A DNA stretch of 64,000 nt. Origin: the human T2T-CHM13v2.0 reference genome, Homo sapiens. The position numbers and the translations under genes were made by a program. The first letter of the stretch is position 1. The number at the start of each line of letters is the position of its first letter. Below, one piece after another: positions 40,225 through 55,212 of this stretch. The notes under the pieces were generated by a model that saw nothing but the letters and a program-made list of their open reading frames with translations, was not told the origin of the DNA and made no database searches. The stretch lies in the NCBI RefSeq assembly GCF_009914755.1, contig NC_060935.1. One strand, written 5' to 3'.

Positions 40225-43200
40225 TATCTTCTCACCACTGCAGCCAGACTTAAAACCTAAGAGGGATCATGTCACTCCCCATTTTACTCAGAGTCAAGGC
40301 CAAGATCCTTACTGGGGTCTGCAGGCCCCCACACCTGGCCCTCTGACTGCACCCCTACCTTCCTTAGCTGTCTCCTCTCCCTAGCATGCCCCAGGTCGCT
40401 GGTCCCCTAGCACTGGGCAGCTCCCTGCGGCCCTGTTCACTAGCTGTCCTCTGCCTGGAACACATCTGTCACCTCTCACCTCCTCCTGTCCAGCCTCCTT
40501 GGGGCCTTTCTAACTGCCTCCCTCCTGTGGTCTGCCTCCTCCCCATCTCTGACTTTCCTCCCGAGCACTTACTGCCATCCAGCACCCGACATAACTTACT
40601 TGTTTCGTTTGCTTGCCTTCCTCACCAGGAGGTGTGCCAGATGAGGACAAGGATTTTTATATCCCTACCCCCATCTGCAGCACTGCCATGGAGAACAGTG
40701 CCTGGCACTTGGATGCCCTCAGTAAATATTTGTTGAGAGATTAATAAGTGATCGTGGGCCAGCATGCCAACAGTGTCTTCGTTATTACAAAATTGTCCCG
40801 AATTGAAATTTGGCTACTACAAGCAGTTTGTGGTGGAAATTTACTCAAATTACCAATTCTTTCACTGAAGAAATTACCTGGCATATGTGGGTTCTCAATA
40901 AACTGTGTTGGATTGCCTCAAGGCTTTGGGGCAGTGGTAGCCGTCTGAGGCCTCCTTGCCAGTCAACCAAACCCTGTGCTGGGTGGGACATAAGAGATGC
41001 CCCCAGCATCCTTAGCTGATGCTACTATGTCACCCCAGAATCCCTGGGGCAGCCCACCCCTCAGCAGCAGCTGTCACCCTGCTGGGTTCCGCTTTTCCTC
41101 CTGTGGGCTTCGTCTCCCTAAGGAAATCATTGTCCTTGCTTTCTACATCTTATCTCCCTGAGCAGCTCCAAAATTCTGTTATTCATATCCCACTGACCTT
41201 TCTCATTGTCCTAGTCCAAGCTTCTCACAGGAGGAGTTGTCTCTCTGTTTTATATTAAAACAAAGCGGTTGGACTCTTAAAACTCTATTCACTTTTCAGA
41301 TTCTTTGGAGTCCTCAATGCTTCCTGCTATGAAATGCTGCGCTCTGGAATGCCTTCCAGACCCACCCCCAGGATACCTGTAGCCTTCCCTGCAGCCACTC
41401 TCCTCAACTCCCTCCTCGTTCCCAGGGGTCAATGTCCTGGATCTCTCCAGCTTTAAGTTCCTTCATGTCCTCTTGCCACCCCTGCTCTCACCATCTCTGA
41501 GTTCTTGCATCCCCAGGATTTCAACCTGAGTTTGCATCTCCTGACATCACTTTTCCCAGCCTTCTCCCTTTTCAACCAGCACAAGGCCATCCACTTCCAT
41601 GGCCATAGTGGACGCCACTGAGCATGCTAGGTGTTTTCTTCTATTCAACTCATGTGGTCTGCACAACAACCCAGTGCGGGGAATCCACCCCTTTCACAGA
41701 TGAGGCATCTCTAGCTCCTGGAAGTCACCTAACTTGCCTAGGACATGCAGCTAGTAAGTGGCAGGGCTGGGATTGGAACCCAAGAGGCCCCGCCCTGACC
41801 ACCATCCTGCCCTGCCTCTCCTCGGGCACCCAGAATCCCCTCACTCTATTGTCAAAACCCACCTTGTCCTGCCTGTCTGGTACCTAGGGGAGAACCCTCA
41901 GCCTCTTCTTCTGCTGCCACTTGCTTCCTCTTCTGCCAGGAAGGTCCCACGCCTGGCCAGCCTGCTCTGGAGACACGCCCACTGCCTGGCCTTGCCAGGA
42001 GGCTCTGATGCTCTGCAGGCTTCCTGTCCCACGGATCCCTTCCTGCCTGTCCTGGGGTCCCACCACCCCACTTTGTAGTTGGCCTTGCTCTTTATTGTGG
42101 TGAAAGGTGCAGGCCATTCCATCCAAGATCCTATAATATTCCTTTTCTCTGCTGTTGAATGTTCTTCCCATTCCCCCCACATTCTCAAAGAAGGCATGTG
42201 GCTTTCTTCACTGCGTCTCGGCCTGCCCTGAGTCCAGCCCCTGCTGCCTGGCCCAGCCTGTCTTGTTGGCATCCCCTAAGCCCTAGCCAGAAACACAAGC
42301 ACCTTTCAGGTGCTCCATCCTAACTCCACCCTCCCTCACACTGGCCTCTCTCCCTTTGCCACCAGATAACAGCAGTGCATTCTTTTGTTTCCTTTAGAAC
42401 AAGATGCAGATGTTTTCCAGAATTTTCTTCAACTTCAGGCAGTAAGTTTTTTGGTGAAAGGAGTGTTACTCCCTGAGTCTGTAGAACCAGGCTCTCTCCT
42501 CTTATTCTGTAGCAATTAAAGACAAAGACAGGCAAGAAAACAATGAAAAGAAACAGGAGCCAGGCTGATGCACCTTCATTTAGCTGGTCCTTGAGCATGA
42601 CTCATTGATCCTTCTTGCTTCCATCAGGGATTGCACCCTGTGCCCTCTTTGAATGCAGGGGCATGTCAAGGCCAAGGGTCAGGAAGAGAGCTTTGGCCTC
42701 GCCAGCCTGGTCCCCAGAGTGGAAGTGGCAGGGCAGGAGGGGTGTGGCAGACAGAGCACATATCGCCCCCAGCCTTGCCCCCAGATGTTGAGTGCTGGGT
42801 GCCGGAGTGCAGAGGGGAACAAGGCCTGGACCCTGCCTGGGGAGAGGCAGCACCTGGGAGATCTTTGTGGCTTCAGATCCCATGTGGTCCTCCAGGTAAA
42901 GCAGAGCATCTCTGGGGTCTAGGCTGGGGGAAAACTCTTGCAAAAAATTCCTGGTTCTGGGACAGAATGCATGGGGTCTGCGTGAGGGGCAGAGGACAGT
43001 GCCAGGCCAGTGAGCACGCACTGGGCAAAGGAAGTGGCCAGAGACCACTCATAAGAAAAAGTGGGACATGAACCTCAGAGCCTGGGCTGCTTTCAGAGGA
43101 GCCAAGAGGCTGGGAAATAAGCATCTTCTGGTGAGGAAATCAGCAGGGGGAGGGGAGGGTCATACAGGAGGGGACTTTTAATCCTGAATGGCCTTGCAGG

Positions 43201-46200
43201 GCATGGTTCCCCTAGTGTGCCCCATGGAACCCTTGGCTGTTAGATGTGAGGTGATAAATGGTGTGTGGATGCATACACTTGGGACTCAGACTCTGCTGCC
43301 CTTAGACTTTCACCCTCCACAGGGCTGCGTTTAAAGGTCCAAGAAGCCCTGCAGAAGAAAAACCTAACTATTGAACCAGCATTCCCTATACGTATTTGGC
43401 CCCTGATTTTTCCCCCGAATAACATCATTACAATCCTATGGGATTAGTGTTCCATGGCAGAACTTTGGGAAGTGTTTTTTGAAGAATTTGTAAATCCCTG
43501 CACCCTCTGGACTGTGCCCATTTCTTAGATTGCATGGAGGCTGTGCTGTACAGTGGAAGGAGTATGGGCTTTAGATGGGACTGGCCTGTGTTTAAATCTG
43601 CTTTCCCATTATACAAAATCTCTGATCTCGATCAAGTTACTTACTCTCTCAAACTTAGTTTCCTTATCTGTAAGACAGGGGATGAAACATTAGCTAGTTG
43701 TCTTATGAGGCTGTTGTGATGGTTAATGGGAAGATAATAATGACACTTACAGAGGGCTTGTTATGCTCCAGACACCATTCTGAGCACTTTATATATCTCA
43801 CTTACTTTTCACCACAACTGTGAGGCAGGTAATGTTATCCTTATCCTACAGGTCAGGTCAGGAGACCAATGACACATACAGGCTAAATGTTGTGCCCAAC
43901 ATCACACGGCTGGTAAATGTGGGACCTAAGATTTGAACCCTAGGCACTCATACATGATGCGGTCAGGATTTGAAACTTGACCGTCATCTCCCATCAGAGA
44001 ACATGCTCTGAATCAGTATGTTCTAAAGGGTCTAGAGCAGTAAAAGCACTAATTGGTATCAGTTCCCTTTTCAGATGGTTCGTGGATATGTTAGGGGGAT
44101 TGATGGTTCCTGGGACTCCAAGTCATTCTGCAGTCATTAAAATCAGCCCTGTTGAAAGAGTAATCTCCTCGATCTGCTTGCCCACTCAGATGCTCCCATT
44201 GTGACCATTTTGTTTGCTCTGCTGCCTCATCCTGGGCCACTTCAATTTGGGTGGCTGCTCAGCGTTCAGGTGGAGTCGGGCCACTTTCCACAGCCATCTC
44301 ATCTGTGGCCTGTGCCTCCACTTCCAGGACCAAGAGTCCCCCCAGGATGCCCAGTGAGTTGGTAGCTTGTTCTCTTTCTACACCTCAGTGATGGACTTGA
44401 CAAAGGGTTAAGAAGACATCCCTTTTATCATTCAGCAAACTGAGTGCCTTTACTGAGCTAGATGCATGCCCTGGGGGAACTAGCACTGTTTGGTGACTTA
44501 GTTAGACCTCTGAATCCCTCTACCAACCCTCAGTAGCTGTCTGGGAGACTGGGATTCTGTGGACTCTCCTCTATCAACGATATTGGGGGTCTTTTCCACA
44601 AAGACCAGCCTGGTTTTGATTGACAAAGTGCCTCAGATTTACAAATCTTACCCCTTGCAGGATCCTCTCAACTGATCAAGCCCCATAGCTCCAAATGCCG
44701 TCTCCTTGATTGATGTTTAATTTGGGGATCCACAAGCATCTAGAGCTACCAGTTGAATTTGGGTACCCAAGGGCCACAAATGGGCCCCCCTCACACCCTG
44801 ACCCCTGACAACCAGCACCTTTGAGACTGAAGTACCACTGCATATAGTGCTGTCCTCTGCTCAGGGCATTCTCCCTACCAGCCAGGCCACCCGGCAAACC
44901 CCTGCAACACCTCATAAGACCTCTTCGCTGGTCTCATCTCCTTTTATTAACACCTCCTCAGCACCCCTCCACACACACCCAAGCCCACAAGCAAATCATT
45001 TTTTCATCTGTTTTGCTCTTGTACCTTACCTATGCTCCACTAATACAAAAAAAGCACGCCTTCCTCAAGACACTTGACTGCCACCTGCTGGAGAGTTGTC
45101 ATCATGGCTCAACAAATATCTGCCACTTCTAAACCCCCAGGCACCTCTGGAGTAGGGCAGTGCATTGCTTGTACAGCTGTAAACATGGCCTGCCTGTTGA
45201 ATTGGTCATGCTGTCATGTACTTATTAAAACACTCGTCTTTCTAACTGGACTGAGGACATCTTGAACGTAAGGACTGCCGATTTCTGTCTTCGTCCCCAT
45301 TGTGGCTTCTGCTAGGGGCTAGAGAAATGCTTATTGAATGATCCTTGTGCAAACACCTGTTACCTTAGGTTCAGGGCATCTGCTGTCATTCAGTGAAGGT
45401 CTTCTAAATCTGTCTGTTGCAAAGCAAGGCTCGCCACAGGCTGTCAGAGTAACCATGGAGGTCGGACAGGACTTGCAGTGGGGACAGGGCCCCATCAGCC
45501 TCTCACCTCTGCTCAGAGGCACCACCCTCTGAACAGATCAGAGCATAAACAGGTCAGAGCAATTCAGCATTCATTCCCTCTACAGACATCAGGGCAGGCA
45601 CCATGTAGTGGAGAGTGGGGCCAGGGGCCATCTGCCATGGCTGTTTGGGCTGGGGAAGGAGAGCAGTACTTCTGGAGCATGTGCTGTGCTCAGGGCCAGC
45701 TCCCTGTAGGTAGGTTGTGGGAATGCAGAGGTGGCAACTCAAGCACCCCTGCTGGGGATTCAGAGTTTTGTGGAGAAGTAGATCAGTAAGCACATGGATA
45801 CCAGATAGGGTTGTCAAGGATGTTGATTCACTGTTGTCCCTATTTTCCTAAGCTCGCCACATCATGGAAGGCTGCTACCCAAGTGACATTCTTGGGCTTC
45901 ACCAAGTGTTTTAACAGAGCTCCACCCAGCTGTCACACTAGGGGTAACACAGTGGGCCAGAAGGAGAGGCAGGCCTTCCCTGGGGTCCCATTTTAAAAAG
46001 GGGGAAGTCCTCTGTTCTTTTACAACACTTGTTTACCCCAAGCCATTCAGCATAGTATTACTTAGGTCCCATACAGAGAACCTTCCAACAGATAGCTCTC
46101 CTTGCTCAGGCCTGTCCTGATGAACTCCCTGATATTCTTCCAGGTCTTAAAAGAGTGAGAGCTGAGCATTTCCCTCTCTGCCCTGGCTGCCAGGAAGCTC

Positions 46201-46684
46201 AGAGATAACTTGTTTGCTCAGTTCCTGTAGCTTTCCTGACCCAGGATTTCTTTTTCTTATAAATTCTCCTTGTTCCTTTTCCAGGAATGCTTGCTTTTTA
46301 TGTTTTGTTTGTTTATGTTGCTTTTGTCTCTGTATTATACTTTGGGGGGTGGTTTTTGGAGGCAGGATTGGCAGCAGCCATGGTAGTTAGAAGCACCAGC
46401 AGTAAAGCTGGACACACCTGGGTTTCATCCCCACTTGCTAGCTGTGTCATTTTAAGTAAGATAAGTTGCCTCTTCAGTTCTCGGTTCCTCACCTTGAAAA
46501 TTGGGATAATGATCATAATGAATGGATAGGTTATTGTGAAAATTAAACTTGTTTATTGTAAATGCATTGTTTCCTGTTCCTGCTCTTGGATCAGGCTTGA
46601 TCTGTGGCTGTAGAATCCTAGTCTTAATTTCCTTCTTCCTGCCTGTGTCTGTCAGCATATGATGAGTTGTACAATAGTAGTGAC

Positions 46685-46792
46685 TAGGGGACCAACCATC
46701 CCGGTTTGTCTGGGACGGAGGGGTTTCCTGGGATGCAGGACTTTCAGTGCTGAATGGGAAGGTCCCAGGCAAATGGATGAGTCGGTCACCCT
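46685..46792. mobile_element. MER81-like hAT-Blackjack MITE
   Basis: tagggggaccaaccatcccggtttg...gagtcggtcaccct inverted ends. Confidence 0.7.
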
Positions 46793-47873
46793 GGTAATAA
46801 ACAACCTCAACATCTCAGTGGCTTACTGTAGCAAAGGTTTATTTCTTCGTTGTGCTACTGTCCATCCAGGGCCTTGGCTAAAGGAGGAGCCTCTATCCCA
46901 GGAAATTGACAGTCATGGGCACAGACAGAGGAACACATGTTAAAGGTCCTTTAGAAAGTTGTGGCCGTCACTTCTGCCCTCATTCACTGGTTGGGGCCAG
47001 TCACATGGCCAGGCCTGCCACCAGGCTGTGCAGAACCTTCCCACTGGGTGGGACAGCTCAGCCTGGAACACTGATCCACTCTGCCAGGCTCACCTTTCTC
47101 TTCTTTTGCATTTTAGGGTGCTGGAGCAGGGACCAGGGAAAGGAGAGAGTCACTTGGTCTGAACTGGGGGTCTTGGATGTGATCATCTTCCTGTAGATGG
47201 TCGGTATGGGTTTCTTAAGGGGCAGGGTTCAGCTTCACCCTGCTCTGCTCAGAGGAGCAGCTGTGTCTCCTTTGGACGCCTTCTAGTGGTTGATGCCCTC
47301 ACCTTTCTCAGCTGCCAAGGCCTCTCTCGACAGGGCAGGCTGGGCTGTGACTTCTCTTCCACCCTCCTTGCTCCTTCCTGTGGAGCCCCTGAGATCCTTT
47401 CCCCATGCTCCTGGGTGGAATGGAGGGTGCCCTCTCACATTCTTCCAAGGCATCTTGCGCAAGTCCCTCCATGCCCTGCTTTCTCTGGCGGTCCAGCATG
47501 CCTCCATCTCACCTTTGGGACTCTCTAGCTTGGAAGTGGGCACACCTGCAGCCCCTGACTCCAGGACCACAGGCTAGGCTCTCCCCAAAGCATCCTCACC
47601 ACACACCATGTGGATGGCCAGGTCAGGGCGGCCGTCAGAGCCCACCCTCGGCAAGGATACCCTCTCAAAGGCACCTCTGTTGGCTCAAATCCCTTTTGGA
47701 AGTAGCCCAGAAAGAGGCTTTCTTTTTTCTTATCTTTTGTTGTTTTATTTATTGTTCTTGCATCTAAGAACACCTTCTTGGTCAGAAAACAGTTTTCCAG
47801 AAATAATGTTAAGTAAGTGTCACAACTGGTTTAGCTCCCTAACCTGGTCTAAGCATATAAGAGAGGCTTTTGA

Positions 47874-48199
<326 letters not shown>

Positions 48200-48327
48200 T
48201 TAGCATTTATTATTTTTATTTCTATAAAGTAAATTTGAGTATTGGGAAAATTGATCAAAATGAGAAATTTCATATGGAGTTTAGTACTTGAAATTTGGAT
48301 CCTTCATCTAAATTTCAGGGAAGTCAG

Positions 48328-48635
<308 letters not shown>

Positions 48636-50708
48636 AATTTCAGGGAACTCAGAGAACGAGAAAGGACATGAAATTGTTCATTTATTTAGCATTTGTTGAG
48701 TACCACCTGGAGTGAGGCACGAGATCAGGCACAGGAGACGCCTATAAATAAGGCCCTACCTGCCTGAAGCTTATGGGAGGTGGAGGAGACATGCCTACAA
48801 GCAGAGAATGGCCACAGGGCGTGAAGGAGCCTGGGCAGGAGCTGCTGCAGGAGAGCCAGGGAGAGAGGATACAGCTCTGAAGGCTTCTCCAGGAGGTGTG
48901 CCCACGGGCACAGGAAAGGAAAGCAGGAGTTTATCAGGTGACTGGGTGGTTGAAAGGAGCCACACCTGCAAGAAACGTGGGCCCAGCAGAGGCAGGGTGG
49001 TTTTGGGAACTCTTGTCTTTTAGTCTGTCGGGGGGCTTTGGGTAGCAGATGGGAGGGTTGGGCTGAAGACTAAGCAGTGTTTCCTGCTGGGTGGGTTTGA
49101 ACTTTGTTTGGAAGACTTAGGGGGAACAGTGAAGCTATTGCAGTGGTCTGAGCAAGGGGGTATCCCGCCTCTGACCACAGTGGAGAGGGGATGGGGCTGG
49201 AGACGACAGCAGACTGAACAGAGGCAGTGACAAGGATCTGGAGGGAAGTGGCTGGGCCCATCCCTTAGAGGGCTGTGTGGGGGCTGTGGGGTGTGGGAGG
49301 AAGAGAGGAAGGAAGCCCAGGGTAGGTTCTGGGTTGCTAATTTGGGGGCTGGGAGGATAGCGTGTGACCTAAACAGAGAATCAGATTTAGATGGAATTAC
49401 CTATATTAAGCCTGGGGATTTCATATCTATTTGCTGCTGCTTTACCAGTTGAGGCTCAAGAATGAGAAGCACAAAATTTCTGGTCACATTATTTGCATGT
49501 GCCCAGACTGGGGTTAACAGAATCGGACAGTGAGCGTTCCTGAATCAGACTGCAATGGGGAATGAATGCCTTGGGAGGCTGGAAGCAGTTGTATTCGCAG
49601 ATATTCATTTGGAGATCTCTATAGCGATCGAGGCAAAGATACCCCAAAGACTGCAAGAATTAGCCAGTGGAATTTGAAATGCCAAAATTTTTTTTCAGAA
49701 AGGTCAGGAAAGCCCCGTTTAAAATCTAAATTTTGCCATCTCAAGGCAGTGCAGGGATGGATTAGGAGGATGTGGGGTGACCCTTTTCTTCCTTTCAGAG
49801 CCAGTTTCTGCCAGACACAGGAATCCTCCACATGAGTCATAGGGTGGAGAGGAGACCCCTCAGTCCTTTCAGTAAGGTGGGAGGGCAGTACCGCCCGGTG
49901 GCTACCATGAACCCTGTTTCAGAATTTCTTTCTTAACTTCGTGTGTGCCCAGGTGCACTTGAGATTCACTGATGTTTTCTTTAGACCGAGGAGCTCGCTT
50001 CAGCAGTTAGTTTCAGGTGTTGGCTCTGCTGGCATTATGCTTCGGCTTAATGTTTTCTGAAGACTTGTTTTCTGTTGTTTTTCATTGTTCTTGTTGTCTG
50101 GCTTCAGGCCACTACCTTCAACCTAGCAAGAGCTGAGTGGTGCCTTCAGCAGTGAGGTAGCTTCTGAAGGCCACCACTCTCTTGCTGTGTGACTTTGGCT
50201 AGTTTCTCCACCTCTCTGTGCCTCAGTCTCTTCTGTAAAACGGAGAACACAGGAGTATCTCCCTCATAGAGTTACTTTCAGGTTTCAATGAGTTAATCTA
50301 CATAAAACAATAAGGATAGAGCCTGACACAAAATCACACTCAACAAGTTTTCACAATTATGATTACTTGACCCAGTAGGAGAAATAAAAAACACAACTAA
50401 CTTCCTTCTAAGGACATGCCCAAGAATCCAGTTTTAGTAACTTTGAAGGCATTGTTTTTCACCGAAAATATCTCCTGCCAGATTTTTTCATGTGTTTGCA
50501 GCTTAGCTTTAACAAGGAGCTGAAGGACGGCCAGGCAGCAAGGGGTGGTGAGTGCCGGTAGAGTGTGACGAGCTCGCCCAGCCTTCCTCCCTGTAATTAG
50601 GAGTCATGAACCATCTACACCATCTCCCTTAGCTAATAAGAGATTTTTACATTTACTTACCTCAAAGTGACCTGTCTGGGTTTTCTTTTCTTGTGGCCCC
50701 CACTGTAG

Positions 50709-50834
50709 GTTTTTGGAAGAAGCTGACCGCCTGAAAAGAAATTATAAAACATGAAAATCGCTTTGAGGTGACCAAGTCCAGAGGCCCCTAACTCCTCCCA
50801 AGCTGGATCTGGGGTGTAAGAACTGTGACTTCAG
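50709..50834 (+). other. BMAL1: BMAL1 non-coding 5'UTR exon (126 nt)
   Basis: Acceptor ttttcttttcttgtggcccccactgtag| and donor CAG|gtaaca. Ends GAACTGTGACTTCAG, which joins ATCATCCAATG of the start-codon exon as in the recalled mRNA. Confidence 0.9.
50751..50771 (+). promoter_or_regulatory. uORF MKIALR* in the 5'UTR exon
   Basis: aaaacATGAAAATCGCTTTGAGGTGA, with A at -3. Confidence 0.7.
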
Positions 50835-51169
50835 GTAACAAAGTAGTATCCCCTCCCTGCCCCCTGTGAACTCATGATTCTTGGTAGCTTGCATGGCAGT
50901 TCTTCCTTTAGGAAGTGTAGTTTCTTCCAGGAACTCTGAAACTTGGGGTATTCTACCTCATGCGGTTGTTTGGCTGGTCAAAAAAGGGAGTGGGGGATTC
51001 TGGAGGTACTTCATGTCTGCTGCATGGCCCAAGGGGGCCAGGGCTCCATAAATCACCAAGACCCTGAGGGCAGGGCTCTGTACTCATTCCTGGCCCTGCT
51101 TCTGTAAATGTTAATGACAAAATAACAATGTCACCCACCCAACAGGGTCTTTAATATGATTAAATAATC

Positions 51170-51690
51170 ATGAAATACTTCTTGAAGGATAAATCAGAGA
51201 GAATAGCTAGGAAATTTCCAAAAATAAAGAGCAGTAGGAGAGTATTTGTTCTGCTAGCTATTAAAATGTATTCTAAAGCACAGTTGTAAAAACAGTATAG
51301 TACTGTGATGGAAATAACTAGATCAGAGGAACAGAGTAGAGAGTCCAGAAATAGGTGATAAATCAATAAAGGTGTATTTCAAGTTAGTGGCAATGGGATG
51401 CATGGACTAGCAAATGGTGTTAGAAAAAATCTCCTATCCATTAGAGGGAAATAAGAAATTCCTAAGCTTAGGTAGTATATCAAAATAATTTCCAAATAGC
51501 ATTAAATTAAAAAAATCATTAAAATCTTAGAAAAAAGAATATTTATATTATTTTGGGTAAGAAAAGACTTAAAACATGTCACTTTTGGTCCCACATACAA
51601 ATATCGTAAACAAAGTTAAAAAGCAAAAGGGTGGGAAAAGTGTTTACAACATCAATGATGAACAAAGAATTAATATTCTTAGTATACAAA
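51170..51690 (+). mobile_element. Old L1M ORF2 fragment
   Basis: A-rich, with gaacagagtagagagtccagaaata and gcaaatggtgtt motifs. Confidence 0.65.
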
Positions 51691-53971
51691 TTTATTCGTT
51701 CATTCAATATTTATTGAGCACTTAGTATGTACTAGAAAGTATTCTGGGCACTAAGGGCACAAGCAGTAAATAATGTTCCTGTTCTCCTGGTACTTAGACC
51801 CTGATGGAGAGGACTGCCAGTGACTATGGTAGATTATTGTAGGTCACATTTTGATAAGGGCTAAGGACAAAACATTACGTAGGTGGCTGGGCTAGGGAGG
51901 CTTGGCAGGGTTTGCATTATGTGGATATTCAAGGGGGCTTCACTGATGGAATGACATGTGAAGAAAAAGGGAAAGTCATTGAATGTCGAGCTGATAGCAC
52001 ATTTGCTGTTTTTGGAATGTCGAGCTCATAGGATTTGCTGATGGATTGAATGCGGGTTGTGAAAGAAAGGAGTCAGGGTGGCTTCTAGGTTTGGGGCCTG
52101 GCAACCAGAAGGATTGACATAGGAATGACTGAGAGGCTTGGCTTGGAGATAGAGTTTTGGTTATGGATGTTTCAGTTTAACATCTCTCTTGTATATTCAA
52201 GTGAGGACGTCAGGGAGGTGGTCGGCCATAAATATCTGTAATTCAGGGTGACATCTAGGCTGGAGATATAAATTTGGGAATTGTTGCAGTGTTGATAGTA
52301 TTTGAAAGAATGACACTAGCTAGAGCCCCTGGAGAGTGTGTGTAGATACAGAAGAGGGCCCAGGACATCCATGGGACCCTCCCTTAGAGTTGAGGGAGAT
52401 GGAGCCAGCTAAAGAGAGCAAAAAGGAGTGACCACTGAAATGGAAGGAGTCCCGTGAGAAGGGGGATCTCCCAAGCCAAGAGACAGTGAGAAGGGCGAGG
52501 TCAGCTCTCCTCTGGATGTGCTGATGGGCAAGGAGAGAACTGGCCATTGGATCTAGCAGTGAGGAGGTCACTGGTCAACCCAACAAGGGCTGTTTTATGG
52601 GAATGATGGGGAGAGAATCTGTTTGGAGTTGGATTATTGAGAATAAGAGGAAAAAAACTGGAGACAGAGAAATGGGACAATAGCTGGAGGAGGATGGTAT
52701 TCAAGTAAGTTTATTTTTCCCAAGATGGGAGTTACATAACTCTTGTTTTCACCCAAGTGGAAATGATTCAGTAGCGTGGGGAGAGTGGATGGTGCAGGAT
52801 TGGGCTGGGGTGAGGGTTCTGAAATGGTGGTCTCGAGGAGGTGGGAGAGGTAGAATCCAGGCATGAGCTGGGGAAGGGATCCTAAGTAGGAGCATCTAAG
52901 GAGGTGGTAGGTGTGCACCTGCCTCTTTTCTCAGTTCACTAAGAAGCAGAGTCCTCAGCGGAGAATGGAGACTAAGGAGACGATGGAAGTTTGAGGAGAG
53001 AGGGCAAAGTATGAAGTCCTTCATAGCAGAATGAGAAAATAAATGGCCAGGGGAATGAAGGATTGCTGGGCGGCATGCAGGCCTCTAAGGGGTATGTTTC
53101 TCCAGCCATGTCCTGTTACACAGGTGAACACGGGGTAGGAGGCCATTGTGGTAGAAAAACAGGACATGAGCAGACACAACGTAAGACAGAGAAACGCCTG
53201 TAAAGAGAAAAAGCAACATCAGTAATAGCTGAAGAATACAAGTAAAAACAATGAGGTTTTCTTTTTTTCTCTTTAGACTGGCAAGAGCTCTTGTTGGGGA
53301 TAGAAATTATTGTCGCTTTTCTGGAGCACAGTGTTACAGTATGTTCCAGAATACAACGTGTGTCCCGTTTTGACCTGTCAGTCCCACCTTTAGAAATTTA
53401 TTCTAAGAAATAATTGCTCAAATGCAAGGAAATATATGCACAAAGATGTTCACCCCAGCAGTGCTTATCAAAGTGAAAAAATGGCAGTCATCTAAACAGG
53501 AGGCAGCTGGTTCACTTATCTGTCGGCCTAACAGTGATAGTGGGAAACAGTAGCTCACACTCACCCTCCTGTTTTGCAGATGAGGGAAGTTGGGTCCAGA
53601 GAGGGGTAGTGACAGCTCCAGTCCTACTCCACGGAGCTCAGACCCCCTGGCTGTAGGCAGGCACCCTGCCCAACCTCTTCAACTGGGCTTGGAGTCAGAG
53701 TCCCTTGCAAGGCACTTGTCAAGCCCTTTTCAAGGGCCGGTTTGCTTAATGCTTTTAAAATACGAGTTCTCAAAATGTTTTGCAAATTTGTTTACAATGT
53801 CTTCATTTCATCTCATGGCTTTCCTTGCAAAGGATGCTGACAGTGGGGGGAAAACAGGCCGACTGCCTGGCCGTGATAGAGGGGACCATATTTTCCTGAT
53901 TCCCAAGTAAGACTTACAGTGGAAGAAAGGATATTTTCTGCTTTCTTACAGTGTTTACAAAAGTCATAACA

Positions 53972-54207
53972 GGATGTGAGGACTATCTGGCTGCAACATC
54001 TGTCACCCCATTGGTCGCCAGAGTTGATTGGGCTGATCTGGCTGGTTAGGCAGGTGTCCCATTCCTCCCTCACCACTCCATGTGCGTCCCTCCCAAAGCT
54101 GTATGCTCAGAAAGGATGACCATCCCCGATAGAGGAGGACTGGTCTTTGGTCAAGGGTATATGAGTAGCTGCAATCTTCTGCTAGGGACCCCCAAACAAG
54201 CTCTCAA
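53972..54207 (+). pseudogene. 7SK snRNA retropseudogene, 3'-truncated (~240 nt), no poly(A) tail
   Basis: GGATGTGAGGactatCTGGCTGCaACATCTGTCACCCCATTG...CCAAACAAGCTCTCAA aligns by eye to 7SK nt 1 to ~240. Flanked by the direct repeat caaaagtcataacagga (53958-53974, 54205-54221). Confidence 0.95.
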
Positions 54208-54299
54208 AAGTCATAACAGGAGTACAAAGATAATAAGGAACTTGCATTTATTTGTTTCCTTGATCATATGTTTATTGATTAGAAGAAAATAAAATTAGC

Positions 54300-54681
<382 letters not shown>

Positions 54682-55072
54682 TTATTTGGTCCCCTCCGTG
54701 GGAACTGCCCTGGGTTTTCACTTCTAGAGTTTCTGGTTCTGGTTTAATTTTTCCACGCCACAGCACAGGGACCGAGAAGCTGCTCAGCTTCTCTAGGCTT
54801 TTATGTCTTCACCAGAAAAATGAGCGGGTGGGCTTAAATTTCCTACAAAAACTCTTAAAATAAATATGATGCTCTTTCCATTCTATCACATGCCTGTTCT
54901 GGGTCCGGGGGTGTGAGAGATGCATTAGTGCTGCTGTAAACCAGCCCCGGGTCTCCCCCCCCGGCCCCCCACCACCAAACCCCCAAGCACCAACCTGGGT
55001 TCTCCACCACTTTTGAGAGCTCATCGAAATAAACACACCTTTGTGCCTCTTGTAACAATTCCAGATCATCCA

Positions 55073-55212
55073 ATGGCAGACCAGAGAATGGACATTTCTT
55101 CAACCATCAGTGATTTCATGTCCCCGGGCCCCACCGACCTGCTTTCCAGCTCTCTTGGTACCAGTGGTGTGGATTGCAACCGCAAACGGAAAGGCAGCTC
55201 CACTGACTACCA
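55073..55212 (+). CDS. BMAL1: BMAL1 first coding exon (exon 55065-55212): MADQRMDISSTISDFMSPGPTDLLSSSLGTSGVDCNRKRKGSSTDY(Q), including the RKRK NLS
   Basis: Translation is the BMAL1b N-terminus. Acceptor ttccag| at 55064, donor CA|gtaagg, phase 2. Confidence 0.98.

Noticed and set aside
51981-52040. Imperfect ~34-bp tandem duplication (gaatgtcgagct.atag..atttgctg); similarly 793-822
   Set aside because: Ordinary slippage duplication with no functional implication visible.
53972-54207. Functional 7SK gene
   Set aside because: Truncated, CpG-decayed, TSD-flanked, and lacking an upstream PSE/TATA and the 3' hairpin/terminator.
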